In this document: positions 63,801 to 64,000 of the stretch, in pieces
How the letters are laid out: every line of letters begins with the position of its first letter
Position numbering within the stretch: the stretch's first letter is position 1
Assembly: GCF_018350175.1 (NCBI RefSeq)
Contig: NC_058368.1
Location: forward strand, 2,914,001 to 2,978,000
Length of the DNA stretch: 64,000 nucleotides
Origin: Felis catus
Lineage: Eukaryota
Direction: 5' to 3'
Translations under genes and position numbers: made by a program
The notes under the pieces: model-generated
Databases searched by the model: none
Seen by the model: the letters and a program-made list of their open reading frames with translations, nothing else
What the model was told of the DNA's origin: nothing

Positions 63801-64000
63801 ACATTGCAATTCAGGCCTATCTCAAGAAGCAAGAAAGGTCCCAAATATACAACCTAACCTTACATTGAAAGGAGCTAGAAACGGAGCAGCAAATAAGCCT
63901 AAAGCCAGCAGGAGGGAAATAGTGAAAATTAGGACAGAAATAAATGATAAAGAAACAAACAAGCGAGAAAGACAGAACAGGTCAATAAAACTAAAAGCTG
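60854..64000 (+). mobile_element. Long LINE-1 (5'UTR, disrupted ORF1, ORF2 endonuclease region), continuing past the window edge
   Basis: Starts ggagttaagatggtggagaagtag, an L1 5'-end YY1-type motif. T-rich 5'UTR at 61895-62170. ORF1 ATG at 62433 (MARWRNSPQKK) and ORF2 ATG at 62887. Endonuclease motifs ICCLQETH, TIVNIYAPN, IIVGDLNTPL and FSDH carry stops and frameshifts. Confidence 0.95.

Noticed and set aside
1..64000. Inferring a host gene strand from repeat orientation
   Set aside because: Younger L1 fragments, the LTR and both retrocopies are mostly minus, but SINEs split about 9 minus to 6 plus and the long L1 is plus; too weak to call.

Overview
This is mammalian, not microbial, DNA, and very likely from a felid. 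It carries about 15 tRNA-derived Can-SINEs of the SINEC_Fc type, carnivore LINE-1 copies, and ancient eutherian repeats (MIR, L2, MaLR/MLT, hAT MERs). I found no intact protein-coding gene, and nearly all ORF-track entries are chance or repeat-derived frames, so the window is intergenic or deep intronic. Recognisable gene-derived items are a decayed processed NME1 (NDP kinase A) pseudogene (- strand, ~10.56-11.0 kb) and a full-length U6 snRNA retrocopy with A-rich tail and target-site duplication (TSD) (- strand, ~9.0-9.1 kb). Other clear elements are a gammaretroviral-type solo LTR (1841-2631, -), several L1 3' fragments with TSDs, and the 5' part of a long L1 running off the right edge. Worth a second look: (1) a CpG-poor ~335-bp segment that looks foreign inside the LTR U3; (2) recurrent short fold-back/duplication scars at repeat junctions; (3) patches where ancient repeats are CpG-rich, suggesting GC-biased gene conversion or germline hypomethylation; (4) a probable serial L1 3' transduction tail; (5) several motif-dense candidate enhancers. 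I see no evidence for a novel multi-gene system. Repeat-family names come from recalled consensus sequences, not a database search, and boundaries of old repeats are approximate.
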